Of a DNA stretch of 64,000 nt, positions 9,422-23,080 are shown one piece after another; the stretch's first letter is position 1; the number at the start of each line of letters is the position of its first letter. The notes beneath the pieces were generated by a model. That model saw nothing but the letters and a program-made list of their open reading frames with translations, did not search any database and had not been told where the DNA came from. The DNA lies in contig JBOEGF010000013.1 of assembly GCA_050633305.1 (NCBI GenBank), forward strand, positions 250,588 through 314,587. The letters are read 5' to 3'. Made by a program: the position numbers and the translations under genes. Source of the DNA: Nannocystales bacterium. Lineage in GTDB: Bacteria; Myxococcota_A; Polyangia; Nannocystales; Nannocystaceae.

Positions 9422-10633
9422 TCAGCCCATCGAACAGCCTGGCTCGAGCTCGACACCCCACAGGCAGAGCCCGGGGAACAGACTGTCATCGCAGAACATG
9501 CCGTTCGGGCAGGTCTGGCCGTCCGCGCAAGACAGCAGGCACGTGTTCCCATCGCCCAGGTCATCGCGACAAACAACCTCGGAGTCGCCTGTGGCTGGCA
9601 CCGGACAATCTGCGGTGGAGTCGCAAGTCTCGGCGCAGAAGCACAGCTCGAGGCAGTCGTTGCCGCCGCCAAACGCTCCTGGACACGCGTCAACCTGGGA
9701 GGAGCACCAGTCGTAGTTTGGCTCAGCATCCTCGGGAGGGCACTGGAATGGGTCGGGCGCAGACTCCACCCCGCACACCGAGAGGCCCTCGGGGGGTTCG
9801 CCACACGAACCCAGACAGGTCTGTTCTCCGACCGAACACGGATGGGCCGCGTCGCAGAGGTTCGTGCAACACGAGTCGGTCTCACAGCCCGGCCCGTAGA
9901 CGTCGGCCGGAACGCACGACAGACCCGAACCGCAGGCGAAGGAGCATTCCTCGCCTTCGGACGCTGGGAGGTCACCCCCGCTCTGGCACACCGAGCCGCT
10001 GGGGCCCGTTTGGCAGACCTCCGACGGGTCCGGGCAACTCGGCTCGAACGGATCGCAAGTCGGCAGGCAGCCCAATGGACCGTCTCCGCCACCGACACAA
10101 ACACTTCCTTCGCCGCACGTCTTCTGGTCGCCGCAGAACGGAATGCAATAGCCGGATGCCGCGTCGGGTCCGGGAGTCCAACAGAACGACTGCTCGCCGC
10201 AGTTGTCGAACCCCAGAGCATCGCCGTAGAGACACGGCTCGCCGTCTGCAACGGGCTCGCTGTCCACAGGGACGCACACGGTGCCTTCGGTCACCGGCCA
10301 CACCGAGGTGTCACCGCTCCAGTTGTGCGTGCACTTGTAGCAATCTGGGCAGTCCTGCTGCGTGGTCAAACAGTTCCATACCTCGGGGTTGTCCAGGGGG
10401 GGCGGGTCGTCACAACTCGCGCCTGTGCTCGATGATGTTGTGGCGGGCTCCAGCGGTCCGTCGGTCGTGGGCTCACTCGTCGAACTCGAACTCGCGCCCG
10501 GTATCGCGGTGCCGCCGGACGTCGGGTCGGTGTCACCCGTCGAGGCCGCTTCGGTGCCGCCCATCTCGGCGGCGGCTCCACAGCCGACGAGACACCACAC
10601 GAAAACAGCAATTCCTCTCCTCGGCACCGTCAC
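9422..10633 (-). CDS. Cys-rich myxobacterial lipoprotein
   Basis: Lipobox CLVGC, Ser/Thr linker, numerous CxxxC modules. Start estimated at GTG 10633. Confidence 0.8.
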   Translation of the reverse strand: MTVPRRGIAVFVWCLVGCGAAAEMGGTEAASTGDTDPTSGGTAIPGASSSSTSEPTTDGPLEPATTSSSTGASCDDPPPLDNPEVWNCLTTQQDCPDCYKCTHNWSGDTSVWPVTEGTVCVPVDSEPVADGEPCLYGDALGFDNCGEQSFCWTPGPDAASGYCIPFCGDQKTCGEGSVCVGGGDGPLGCLPTCDPFEPSCPDPSEVCQTGPSGSVCQSGGDLPASEGEECSFACGSGLSCVPADVYGPGCETDSCCTNLCDAAHPCSVGEQTCLGSCGEPPEGLSVCGVESAPDPFQCPPEDAEPNYDWCSSQVDACPGAFGGGNDCLELCFCAETCDSTADCPVPATGDSEVVCRDDLGDGNTCLLSCADGQTCPNGMFCDDSLFPGLCLWGVELEPGCSMG

Positions 10634-10728
10634 ATAGCTAACATAACGCAAAGTCGGACGGTAATCGAGGGATCTTCGCCGACTCGATTCCGGCCCGAGC
10701 ACCGCCGAACGCTCGTGGCGAACCCCGA

Positions 10729-13290
<2,562 letters not shown>

Positions 13291-13341
13291 GTACTCAAGC
13301 TTATCGCAAGATCGGGCAGCGGGCCGGGCCCAGGTCGGGAC

Positions 13342-13737
13342 TCAAGGTTCGCTCCAACGGGCCGCAATGCCGGCTCTGCTGTCCAACCCCGACTTGGTGA
13401 GCACGCGGTGAACGTGGTCCTTCACCGTCCCCACCGAGATTCCCAGCGCCAGCGCGATGTCGCGGTTGCGCAGGCCCACCGCCACCAAGCCCGCGACCTC
13501 CCGCTCCCGCGGCGAGAGACCCTCGAACACGGACTGTTCCTCTCGACACGGGCGGAGCACCACCAACGGCTGCCCGAGCGCCTCTGCGGCATCGAAATCG
13601 ATGGTCATCCCCACGCCCGGGGGCAGCGCGTCGGCAAGCGAGGCCAAAACGTCGCGCGGAATGTGGCGGCCACGAGCCTCTTTCACCGCGCTCAGCGCCT
13701 CGCGCAACGCCACCAACCGCTCCGACCCCAGCTCCAT
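13342..13737 (-). CDS. Small LuxR-type HTH regulator
   Basis: LSPREREVAGLVAVGLRNRDIALALGISVGTVKDHVHRVLTK. Confidence 0.92.
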   Translation of the reverse strand: MELGSERLVALREALSAVKEARGRHIPRDVLASLADALPPGVGMTIDFDAAEALGQPLVVLRPCREEQSVFEGLSPREREVAGLVAVGLRNRDIALALGISVGTVKDHVHRVLTKSGLDSRAGIAARWSEP

Positions 13738-13787
13738 CCATCCAAGGATGGATTGTCTCCGATGAGCCGTCTACCTACTGTCCTCGC

Positions 13788-14138
13788 ATGAAACCGCTGG
13801 AAGTCGCCCAACGATACTTCGACGCCATGAAGGCCGGTCCAGACGCTGCCGCAGACCTGTTTGCGCTCTTCGCCGACGATGCGACCTACGTGGAGCCCTT
13901 TGCGGGTACGCCCCGCACTCACGAAGGGCGGACTGCAATCGAGGCCTGCTTCGAGGGAAGCTGGAAGAACACACCGCCCGACCTCGAACTCGAGGTCAAC
14001 CGCGTAGACGTGGACGGCAACACCGTACGCAGCGAATGGACCTGTAGCTCCCCCGCTTTCGACGCGCCGATCAAGGGCGTCGACGTCTGCACGGTGGAAC
14101 ATGGCCGAATCAAGCGGCTCGAGGTGAGCTTCGGATGA
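13788..14138 (+). CDS. SnoaL/NTF2-like protein
   Basis: ALFADDATYVEP...HEGRTAI...GRIKRL pattern. Confidence 0.88.
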   Translation: MKPLEVAQRYFDAMKAGPDAAADLFALFADDATYVEPFAGTPRTHEGRTAIEACFEGSWKNTPPDLELEVNRVDVDGNTVRSEWTCSSPAFDAPIKGVDVCTVEHGRIKRLEVSFG

Positions 14139-14485
14139 GGCCTTCGGGGTTGGCGTGGGCCAACCGAATCCTGCTGACCGCACTGTCGGTCATGACCGGC
14201 GCGGTGAAGCTGGCCCAGATGGAGGAGGAGATGGCGCTGTTTCGGACCATCGGGTTTTCGGACGGCATCACGATGGGTTTCGGCGCTCTGCAGCTCGCAG
14301 GCGGGCTCCTCTTGCTGCGCGCTCGAACAACGAAAGCCGGCGCCTGGCTCATGGCGCCGACCTTCTTGTTTGCCACGGGCGTCCTCTTCGCCAACGCGAT
14401 GGTGCCCTTTGGCGTGGCGTCCGTCCTTTTCATCGCGATGGCCGTGTTCCACGCCATGCGATGGCCAACCGGTGACGGCCGCTAG
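14135..14485 (+). CDS. DoxX-like membrane protein
   Basis: Four TM helices, GAVKL, FGALQLAGGLLLL; ATGA overlap with the upstream gene. Confidence 0.8.
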   Translation: MRPSGLAWANRILLTALSVMTGAVKLAQMEEEMALFRTIGFSDGITMGFGALQLAGGLLLLRARTTKAGAWLMAPTFLFATGVLFANAMVPFGVASVLFIAMAVFHAMRWPTGDGR

Positions 14486-14916
14486 CGGAAATCGCGAAGC
14501 ATCTTGCGGAGCTCGAGCTGATGGAGCTCCTCCTGGCCGATCATCGTCCGCGCGAAGTCCTCGAGATAGACCGAGGCGTCGAGCACCGTGTCGAGCAGTT
14601 GCCGATACAACCGCACCGCCGAGAGCTCGTGGTTGAGGCTCTCCTTGAGGATCGCCTCGACCCCGTGGTCGTGCGTCTCGTCGATCGGCGCGATGTTCAG
14701 CGAGGGGTGCCCCTCGAGGCCGGTGAGGATCTCACCGACCTGCTGGGCGTGAAGGAGCGACTCGGTAGCTTGGGCCTTCATGAACGCGACGATCGGGATC
14801 CGGTTGGGTCCCGTGATCATCAGCGCGTAGTGGGTGTAGCGCACGACGCCAGAGAGCTCCGCTTGGAGGATCTGATCGAGGGCTTCCACCGTCTTTGCGA
14901 CGTCGAGTTCTTTCAC
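14482..14916 (-). CDS. Ferritin/bacterioferritin-like protein
   Basis: AELSGVVRY, ESLLHA, LEGHP, HELSA, QEELH four-helix-bundle pattern. Confidence 0.88.
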   Translation of the reverse strand: MKELDVAKTVEALDQILQAELSGVVRYTHYALMITGPNRIPIVAFMKAQATESLLHAQQVGEILTGLEGHPSLNIAPIDETHDHGVEAILKESLNHELSAVRLYRQLLDTVLDASVYLEDFARTMIGQEELHQLELRKMLRDFR

Positions 14917-14945
14917 AGTACGCCGAGGGTAACAGCAACGCGCAG

Positions 14946-15341
14946 CTATGCCGTGGCTGCAAGAAAGGTACGCATCGGGTCCCAGTATCGTGCGTGCCAG
15001 CCGCCCGCGATGTGCTCCTCGAACTCATCCGGCACACCGTAGTGATCCATGACCAACTCGGTCCCGCCTTCGCTGGCCGAGAGCTCGAAGTGGACCGTCG
15101 TGTAGAGGCCCTCGGGCCATCCTGAGACACGCCACGCCTGCACGATGCGCTGGCCGGGGACCAGCTCGATATTTCGGCCGACGATCTGGCCTCCGTGACA
15201 GGAGAAGGCCCCGCCCTCGTCACCGGAGATTTCGGTCTCGCCCTCGGTGTACTGCGCGCGCAAGGCGGGGTTCATGTATGCCGCGTAGACCCGCTCGGGG
15301 GTGGCTTCGAAGGTGATGGATTGGTGGATGGGCTTGGACAT
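14946..15341 (-). CDS. SRPBCC (AHSA1-like) domain protein
   Basis: ATPERVYAAY, ELVPGQRIVQAWR, GGWHARYW. Confidence 0.9.
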   Translation of the reverse strand: MSKPIHQSITFEATPERVYAAYMNPALRAQYTEGETEISGDEGGAFSCHGGQIVGRNIELVPGQRIVQAWRVSGWPEGLYTTVHFELSASEGGTELVMDHYGVPDEFEEHIAGGWHARYWDPMRTFLAATA

Positions 15342-15382
15342 GATGGCTCGGATCGGGTTTTTGGGGCCCTGGGGAGGGCCTC

Positions 15383-15420
15383 TTGCAATGTTTACCAATT
15401 GGTTTAGTATTAAGTTTCAG
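15383..15420. promoter_or_regulatory. Candidate divergent promoter and ArsR operator
   Basis: AT-rich patch with perfect palindrome ACCAATTGGT (15394-15403) between TTGCAA (15383) and TAGTAT/TATTAA, just before the ArsR ATG. Confidence 0.5.
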
Positions 15421-15780
15421 ATGTCGTCAACCCCCCGACGTACCGACCGGTCCGCGCCCGACGACGAGGCGCTCGACCTCGTGTTTCACGCGTTGGCCGA
15501 TCGGACCCGCCGGTCGATGTTGGCTCGGCTGCGAGAAGGCCCGCAGCGGGTCTCGGTGTTGGCGGAGCCATTCGACATGACCCTGCCCGCCGCGTCCAAG
15601 CACATCCGGGTGCTCGAACGTGCCGGACTCATCGATCGCACGGTCGACGGACGCGTTCACCATTGCGCGCTCAATCCCGACCCCCTGCAGTCGGTGCAAG
15701 CGTGGGTCGAGCACTACGGCGAGTTCTGGAACAGCGCGCTGGATGCTTTGGCTGCACACCTCGAAGAAGACCCACCATGA
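15421..15780 (+). CDS. ArsR/SmtB-family repressor
   Basis: VFHALADRTRRSML...LAEPFDMTLPAASKHIRVLERAGLI...DGR. Confidence 0.93.
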   Translation: MSSTPRRTDRSAPDDEALDLVFHALADRTRRSMLARLREGPQRVSVLAEPFDMTLPAASKHIRVLERAGLIDRTVDGRVHHCALNPDPLQSVQAWVEHYGEFWNSALDALAAHLEEDPP

Positions 15781-16229
15781 GCGAGTCGTCCATTCATCTC
15801 GTCGTCCGCCGCACCATCCGCGCGAGCCCCCAACGGGTCTTCGCCGCATGGACCACTCCTGAGCAGCTCATGACCTGGTGGGGGCCTCAAGGCGTACGCT
15901 GTCCGAGCGCAGAAGTGGACCTCCGCGAGGGCGGTGCATACCGGATCTGCAACGAAATGCCCTCAGGGGACACGGTATGGATCAGCGGAGAGTTCGAGGT
16001 CATCGACCGACCCAACAAGCTCATTTACACCTGGTCGGTCGAGCCTTCCACGACGACACCGGAGCGGGTCACGGTTCGATTTGAGGCTCGCGAGGCCGGG
16101 ACAGAAGTTGTGATCGTGCACGAACGCATCATGTCCGAAGCGGCGCGCGACCAGCACGAACACGGATGGAACGGTTGCCTGGACGGGCTCGTCGCGATGC
16201 TCGAACCGGGGAGCAAGCCCGGCGGCTGA
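15777..16229 (+). CDS. SRPBCC (AHSA1-like) domain protein
   Basis: ASPQRVFAAWT, DLREGGAYR, HEHGWNGCLDGL; ATGA overlap with ArsR. Confidence 0.92.
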   Translation: MSESSIHLVVRRTIRASPQRVFAAWTTPEQLMTWWGPQGVRCPSAEVDLREGGAYRICNEMPSGDTVWISGEFEVIDRPNKLIYTWSVEPSTTTPERVTVRFEAREAGTEVVIVHERIMSEAARDQHEHGWNGCLDGLVAMLEPGSKPGG

Positions 16230-16250
16230 GCGTGCTCTATACTCTGCGCC

Positions 16251-17153
16251 ATGCGGATCTCGACGGCGGCCCTCATGGGCCTCACCGCCTTCACGTTCAA
16301 CCCCTCCGACGCACACGCGATCATCACGCGGCACGACGTTGACGACGCACAGTACGTCGTCGACGCCGCGGAGTACCCCGCGCTCGTCAACCTGTTCGAG
16401 CCCGGCGACTGCCTCGCAACGCTCGTGCACCCCTCGTACCTGCTGACCGTCGCCCACTGTGCGGCCGATCTCAGCAGCGGCGCATCCGTGAGCATCGGCG
16501 ACGAAACCCGGGCGGTCACCACCATCACAGCCCACCCTCGCTGGAACGACGGCGATGCGTTCGACATTGCCCTGGTCCGTCTCGACACCCCGGTGTTGAG
16601 CGTCCAGCCGATCCCCTTGTTTCGCGGCGAGGACGAGTTGGGCTCCGAGGTCGAGTTGCTGGGCCGCGGTCTCCACGGAACCGGTGAGGAAGGCGAGGCC
16701 GGAGCGACCGACGACGCGCTGTTGCGACGCGCAACGAACACTGTCGACAGCGTCGACGATCACTTCCTTCGCTTCACCTTCGACCCCCCCACCCGCGAGG
16801 CTGCAACCATGCTCGAGGGCGTGGGCGCTGGAGGGGACAGCGGAGGGCCCGTGTTTCTCCGACGCGAGGGCATCACCTACCTGGCGGGGCTCAACGCGTG
16901 GGGGGACTCCTGCGACGTCGACGTGGCGAAGTACAAGGCGAACGACTACCAAGTTCGGATCTCGCAGTTCGTCGCGTGGGTCGACGCCGGCATCGCAGGG
17001 CGGGACTCCGAGGAGGGGCCCAGCGGCGGCTCGCGGTTTGCGAACGCCGAGTGCAGCTTCTGCTCGGTGGCTGGCGAGCCGCCGGGATTCGGGCTGTTGA
17101 TCCTGCTCGCGCTGGGGTGGCGACGGAGGGCGACGACCACCCGCACGTTGTGA
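16251..17153 (+). CDS. Secreted trypsin-like (S1) protease with MYXO-CTERM-like tail
   Basis: Signal peptide, LTVAHC, DIAL, GDSGGP, C-terminal CSFCSV...LLILLALGWRRR. Confidence 0.92.
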   Translation: MRISTAALMGLTAFTFNPSDAHAIITRHDVDDAQYVVDAAEYPALVNLFEPGDCLATLVHPSYLLTVAHCAADLSSGASVSIGDETRAVTTITAHPRWNDGDAFDIALVRLDTPVLSVQPIPLFRGEDELGSEVELLGRGLHGTGEEGEAGATDDALLRRATNTVDSVDDHFLRFTFDPPTREAATMLEGVGAGGDSGGPVFLRREGITYLAGLNAWGDSCDVDVAKYKANDYQVRISQFVAWVDAGIAGRDSEEGPSGGSRFANAECSFCSVAGEPPGFGLLILLALGWRRRATTTRTL

Positions 17154-17266
17154 TAGGCCCGCCCGTCCCCGGGTACGGCCACTAAACCGGCCCAGCTACC
17201 GCTTGACGCAGCTTTCCCGCGTTTCGCGCTCCACTTCTGGACTGAGTTCGGGCATGATGCGAAGGG

Positions 17267-18541
17267 ATGGCGAAATGTTGGCTTTGTGCGATTTGTACAA
17301 TCTCGCTCGGGTGCGGTCCCGCGGTGGCCGGCTCCGACGGTGAGGCGAGCGGGTCAGCGGGTGAGACGGGGTCGTCGACCGGGAAGTCATCGGACGCGAT
17401 GACGGCATCAAACGCGACGGTGGCGACTTTGAGCACGGGCCTGGACGGCTCGACCGGCTCAAGCACCGTCGCGGTGGGCACCGACACAGGGCCGCCAAGC
17501 GAGTTGTGCCTCCGCGGGACACCGCATCCAGCGCTCGACGACGTGGGTGACCTGCTGAAAGTCTTGGACACCGACGGCAATGGACGGGATGAACTCTGGA
17601 CGGCCGAGGAGCGTTGGGACCCGGTTGAGGAGGTGCAGTCCAGCGTCCTGCGGCCCTTTGAGCTCAACGACCAAGGGGTGTTCGCCGCGCTTGCCGAGGT
17701 GGAGCTGCCTGGCAGGATCGAGGCACTCGCCGACATCGATGGCGATGGACTCCTCGACGTCGTCTTCACGCAGTGGGATGAGGACGCCCCGTGGTGGCAA
17801 GCGGGTCTTCCCGGGTTCGGCGTCGACGGGTCAAGCGAACCCCTACAACAGCTCGACACCGGCATGTGGATGGATGCGACGGGAGATGGGCGCGCCGACT
17901 ACGTCGAGGTGCTGTGGGAGGGCGGCTTCCACGTCCTCGTGGGCGACGGGACAGGAGCCTTTGCATCCGCGGGCACGAGCGCCATGGAGAACCACACGCC
18001 CAATCGCGTCCTCCCAGTGCCAGCGCTGAACCAGCTGGTGCTGGTCTTCCAGGACGTCGCGATCGGGTTCGGGACCGACTCCACCATCCTTCGAACCGTG
18101 TCCGTGAATGCGAGCGGTGAGATTCAAACCCTCGCCGAGAGCCAGGCGCTGGATATCGCCCCAGACTTCGTCGCGGATCTCGACGGCGACCGCCTCGCCG
18201 ACGTCGTTGGGATCGACGCGATCGACGGCAACACCCTTCGGTTTCTGGGATCTGCTGATGGCCCGTACCAGGAAGTCGACATCGTTCCGAACGTCCGCGG
18301 GGCAATCGTCGGCGGATTCTTCGAGGACGCCCCCCCCGAGGTCTTGTGGTGGGACAGCAGTCCTCACTGGCAACTGACGGGCCTCGACGGCCTGTTGTGG
18401 CCCGAAGGACCTCCAGTCACCGGGAGCCCACAATGGGATGTCGACGGTCCGACCCGGCTGATCGAGGCAGACGGCGAGCCTGGTACCGAACTGCTCCAGG
18501 GTCGCGAAACGTTCTCCTTGTGGAAGGTCGAAGCATGCTGA
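17267..18541 (+). CDS. FG-GAP/VCBS-repeat lipoprotein
   Basis: Lipobox SLGC; repeats DTDGNGRDE, DIDGDGLLD, DATGDGRAD, DLDGDRLAD. Confidence 0.85.
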   Translation: MAKCWLCAICTISLGCGPAVAGSDGEASGSAGETGSSTGKSSDAMTASNATVATLSTGLDGSTGSSTVAVGTDTGPPSELCLRGTPHPALDDVGDLLKVLDTDGNGRDELWTAEERWDPVEEVQSSVLRPFELNDQGVFAALAEVELPGRIEALADIDGDGLLDVVFTQWDEDAPWWQAGLPGFGVDGSSEPLQQLDTGMWMDATGDGRADYVEVLWEGGFHVLVGDGTGAFASAGTSAMENHTPNRVLPVPALNQLVLVFQDVAIGFGTDSTILRTVSVNASGEIQTLAESQALDIAPDFVADLDGDRLADVVGIDAIDGNTLRFLGSADGPYQEVDIVPNVRGAIVGGFFEDAPPEVLWWDSSPHWQLTGLDGLLWPEGPPVTGSPQWDVDGPTRLIEADGEPGTELLQGRETFSLWKVEAC

Positions 18542-19923
18542 GTCGAACGATCCCCCTTGGCCTCGCCGCCCTGAGTCTCGGGTGCGGCTCCGACCCGGTT
18601 CGAGCCGGTGAACCCGGCACTGGAGACTCGAGCACGGGGTCCGACAACGACTCCACGGGCAACAGCTTCCCCACGGCTCCCGGCACGACCGGATCGTCGG
18701 GCGAGGAACTCGACACGACTGACGCTGACACGGACTCGAGTTCGGAGGGCGGAGCCACGACCGAGGCCCCCTGGCCCCGGCCCGACCCGGGTCCTTTCTG
18801 CGGAGATGGAACCGTGGATCCGGACGAGGAGTGCGACGACGGCGACGAGCCGAAGAAGGACGGTCCATGCAACGACGACTGCGTCGTGTCAGCGGCGATC
18901 CTTTGGGACACCGTCGTACCACCCAAGGGCGAGGGCGCATGCGGCGAGACGGTGGCGGTGAGCGACGCCGGAGCGATCGTGGTCGGCGGGACCAGCCGCA
19001 TGGGAGACGAGCACGTCAACGCATGGCTGGGTGCTCTCGATGAGCAGGGCGAACTCCAGTGGAGTCAGTCCTGGGATGGTGGTGGCGGCGAACGCGATGA
19101 GGTCCTGGACGTGGACACCGACGCGCAGGGCAACGTGTATGCGTTCACAACCCAACAGATCACCTTTCAGCGGGGTTGGCTGTCCAAACGCAACCCTTCT
19201 GGGGTCGAGGCCTGGAACGTGCAGCTGCTGACCGAGGCAGGAGAGAACAGCACCGCGCGCTCGCTCGCCGTCGACGCAGATGGCACCGCGACGGTGTTGG
19301 GCATGCACTGGGGCGACTACGAGGGTCACCGCATGCAGCGTTTCGACACCGACGGTGTTCCCGTGTGGGCGGTCGACATCCACAATGGCCTCTCCATTGC
19401 CGCGTCCTCGATCGACCTCGATCCACTCGGCGGTATTCGGGTGGCGCTCATGCTCGAAACGAAGAAGGGCGCACGGGCGACGATCCTCAGGTTCGATGAA
19501 ATGGGCGCTCCGTCGTGGTCGGCGCAGTCCGGCCCTCCTCCGGGTGGTGACCCGCAGGGAGCAACGTCCGCAGAGGGTATCTCGTCCCTGGTCTTGAGGG
19601 ACCAGTTCGACTCGCAACTGGTCGTGCGCTCGTGGGACTCCAACGGGGCCAACCCCGACGCATTTGCTCCGGGCTTCGAACGAAACATCACCCTCTCCGA
19701 CGCGGCGTACGGTCCCGAAGGAGACCTGTACGTCGTCGGCCACGAACACGACGCCGCGTGGACACTCCGCATTGACCCGTCCGGTGCGCTCGCATGGTCC
19801 CGGCGGAACTCAGAGGCTCGCTACGCCAATGCTGTGGCGGTCGCACCCGGTGGTGATGTCGTTGTGGCGGGCTGCACCGAGAGCACCGATGGCGCGATCT
19901 GGGTGCGGCGGTACAGCCCTTAG
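18535..19923 (+). CDS. Lipoprotein with myxobacterial Cys-rich repeat and beta-propeller
   Basis: Lipobox SLGC; CGDGTVDPDEECDDG; propeller repeats (DxxGxxxW); ends IWVRRYSP. Confidence 0.85.
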   Translation: MLSRTIPLGLAALSLGCGSDPVRAGEPGTGDSSTGSDNDSTGNSFPTAPGTTGSSGEELDTTDADTDSSSEGGATTEAPWPRPDPGPFCGDGTVDPDEECDDGDEPKKDGPCNDDCVVSAAILWDTVVPPKGEGACGETVAVSDAGAIVVGGTSRMGDEHVNAWLGALDEQGELQWSQSWDGGGGERDEVLDVDTDAQGNVYAFTTQQITFQRGWLSKRNPSGVEAWNVQLLTEAGENSTARSLAVDADGTATVLGMHWGDYEGHRMQRFDTDGVPVWAVDIHNGLSIAASSIDLDPLGGIRVALMLETKKGARATILRFDEMGAPSWSAQSGPPPGGDPQGATSAEGISSLVLRDQFDSQLVVRSWDSNGANPDAFAPGFERNITLSDAAYGPEGDLYVVGHEHDAAWTLRIDPSGALAWSRRNSEARYANAVAVAPGGDVVVAGCTESTDGAIWVRRYSP

Positions 19924-19930
19924 CAGCGGG

Positions 19931-20440
19931 CTACCGCTCCCGCACCAAGTCCGATTTTGACCCCATGGGGCTTTCCGGGACTCCGAAAGGCTGGCTCAGC
20001 CCCACGAACTCCGTCTGAATGCGACGCAGGCCAACGACTGCCTGGGAGAGCGACGTGAACACCTCTTTCGCCTCTCCCACTCGAACAACAACCGACGTCT
20101 GACGACCGAGACCGGTCAGACCGGCCATGCTCAGCCGCTGTTGGGCACGGTCCAGCGCCTGCCTCGCTTCCTCGAACGGAACACGTCCAGCGAACCCGGT
20201 GAGTGTTCGACCTCGCCCAGTCGTGATCTCGAACGAAGTATGGGGCACGATATCCGTAGCCAAGTGGGAGACCGGTGCAGCCCACGTGCCATCAGGCCGC
20301 TTCCGGCGGCTGGAATCGGCCGAAGAGAACGTCAGGTGAGAGCGAGTACAGCGACGGCACTCGTCACGGAGCCGCCGCACCGGCTGGCGCCGACGTCCGT
20401 GCGCTGATCCAGGACACGCGGAGCTCGACGACGCCATCAC
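19931..20440 (-). CDS. Possible hypothetical protein
   Basis: The C-terminal half looks protein-like and fills the gap between genes. Start unclear; it overlaps the neighbouring gene. Confidence 0.3.
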   Translation of the reverse strand: MMASSSSACPGSAHGRRRQPVRRLRDECRRCTRSHLTFSSADSSRRKRPDGTWAAPVSHLATDIVPHTSFEITTGRGRTLTGFAGRVPFEEARQALDRAQQRLSMAGLTGLGRQTSVVVRVGEAKEVFTSLSQAVVGLRRIQTEFVGLSQPFGVPESPMGSKSDLVRER

Positions 20441-20987
20441 TCTTCAGCCGAGCTTCGTCGGCCTCGACCCGGCCTTCGTGCCGACACAGGTCGAGGACGC
20501 CCTGCAGCGAGCCTTCGAGCGATGCGGCCACGGTCGCAAGTCGACCCGAAGGCGGAACGTCGACGAGCGAAAGGTCTGCGAAGCCCGAGCCCCCCGAGAA
20601 TGTGATGTTCCCGTAGTTTCGGGTGGTCGCGCCCCAAGCCCGACCGACCCATCGAAGAAATCCCTCCGGGCGCATCCCAAAGATGCGGAATGCGCCGGAG
20701 ACGAACGGGCCAAACAGAACCGAGTCGCGCGTCCGACCTGTGTAGCGGCGCCAGAAGTCCACGTATCCCTCTCGCCCGGCCTCGGCAAGCGAAGCACCAT
20801 TGAGCGTGTCGAGAGCTGATGCGGGCAACCAGGAGAGGCCCCGGCAGGTTTCGATGGCCTCGACATGTTCGTCCGGCGCACGACCCAGCGCTCCCCGCCC
20901 CCAGCGCTCGAGTCGCACGCTCTCCAGCACCGTCGTGCAGAGTTTCCCCCGGTAGGACGGGGCGTCGCTGGCGTCTGCGTGGGACAT
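20364..20987 (-). CDS. Myxobacterial hypothetical protein (DUF2378/V4R-like)
   Basis: LSWLPA, FWRRY, WVGRAWGATTRNYG, LQGVLDLC, ELRVSW pattern recalled from myxobacterial small proteins. Confidence 0.6.
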   Translation of the reverse strand: MSHADASDAPSYRGKLCTTVLESVRLERWGRGALGRAPDEHVEAIETCRGLSWLPASALDTLNGASLAEAGREGYVDFWRRYTGRTRDSVLFGPFVSGAFRIFGMRPEGFLRWVGRAWGATTRNYGNITFSGGSGFADLSLVDVPPSGRLATVAASLEGSLQGVLDLCRHEGRVEADEARLKSDGVVELRVSWISARTSAPAGAAAP

Positions 20988-21092
20988 AGGCGTGCTGAAC
21001 CGGCAGCGGACGGCAGCCGTAGACAGCTGGGCATCGACCAAGCACCACGATCCCTTGAGCCCGCGGCGGGCCACGAAGAAAGAATGCCGACC

Positions 21093-22502
<1,410 letters not shown>

Positions 22503-22593
22503 GGCGCGGGACCATAGCAGCTTGCAAAGGGCCCCCCTGCGGCGCAAGCACCTGCGGGGCCGCCGCTCGCTTCAGCACCAAGAGAGCCTCCCT

Positions 22594-22959
22594 TCACTCG
22601 TACTCGATGGCCCCGAGATCGAACGCATCGAGCCATCCGGGACACACAGGGACACCGTTCGCGCACACGTTCGAGAAGTCGGGGACATCGCACTCACATT
22701 GCTCGATCCCCTCGATGAACCAGGTACAGCCCTCGAAGGCATCGGCGCTGGAGCTGCACACGAGGACGTGGAAGAGACCCTGCTCATCTTCGCCCTCAAA
22801 GGTGCACTGCCCCATCGGAGTGCGGGAGACCCCGGATTCGATCGCGACCGACGGCGGGCACTCTCCATCCTGCCCCTGGCTCCCATCACCTTGGACGAAG
22901 CGTTCGGTACAACCGACGAGCAGGAAGACAGCGGCGACAGCGGCGAGCCGAGAGCGCAT
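22594..22959 (-). CDS. Small Cys-rich lipoprotein
   Basis: MRSRLAAVAAVFLLVGC lipobox, several Cys. Confidence 0.75.
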   Translation of the reverse strand: MRSRLAAVAAVFLLVGCTERFVQGDGSQGQDGECPPSVAIESGVSRTPMGQCTFEGEDEQGLFHVLVCSSSADAFEGCTWFIEGIEQCECDVPDFSNVCANGVPVCPGWLDAFDLGAIEYE

Positions 22960-23080
22960 GGCCGAGGGTACGGCGGCTAGGCCGGAACCCCAAGCTGCAG
23001 CTCGCCCCTGCTCCTGGGGAACCCAAAACCGGCCGGTCCTCTCTTGGTAAGCGCTCTGGTTTCGGCCAAACGCCTGGGAT

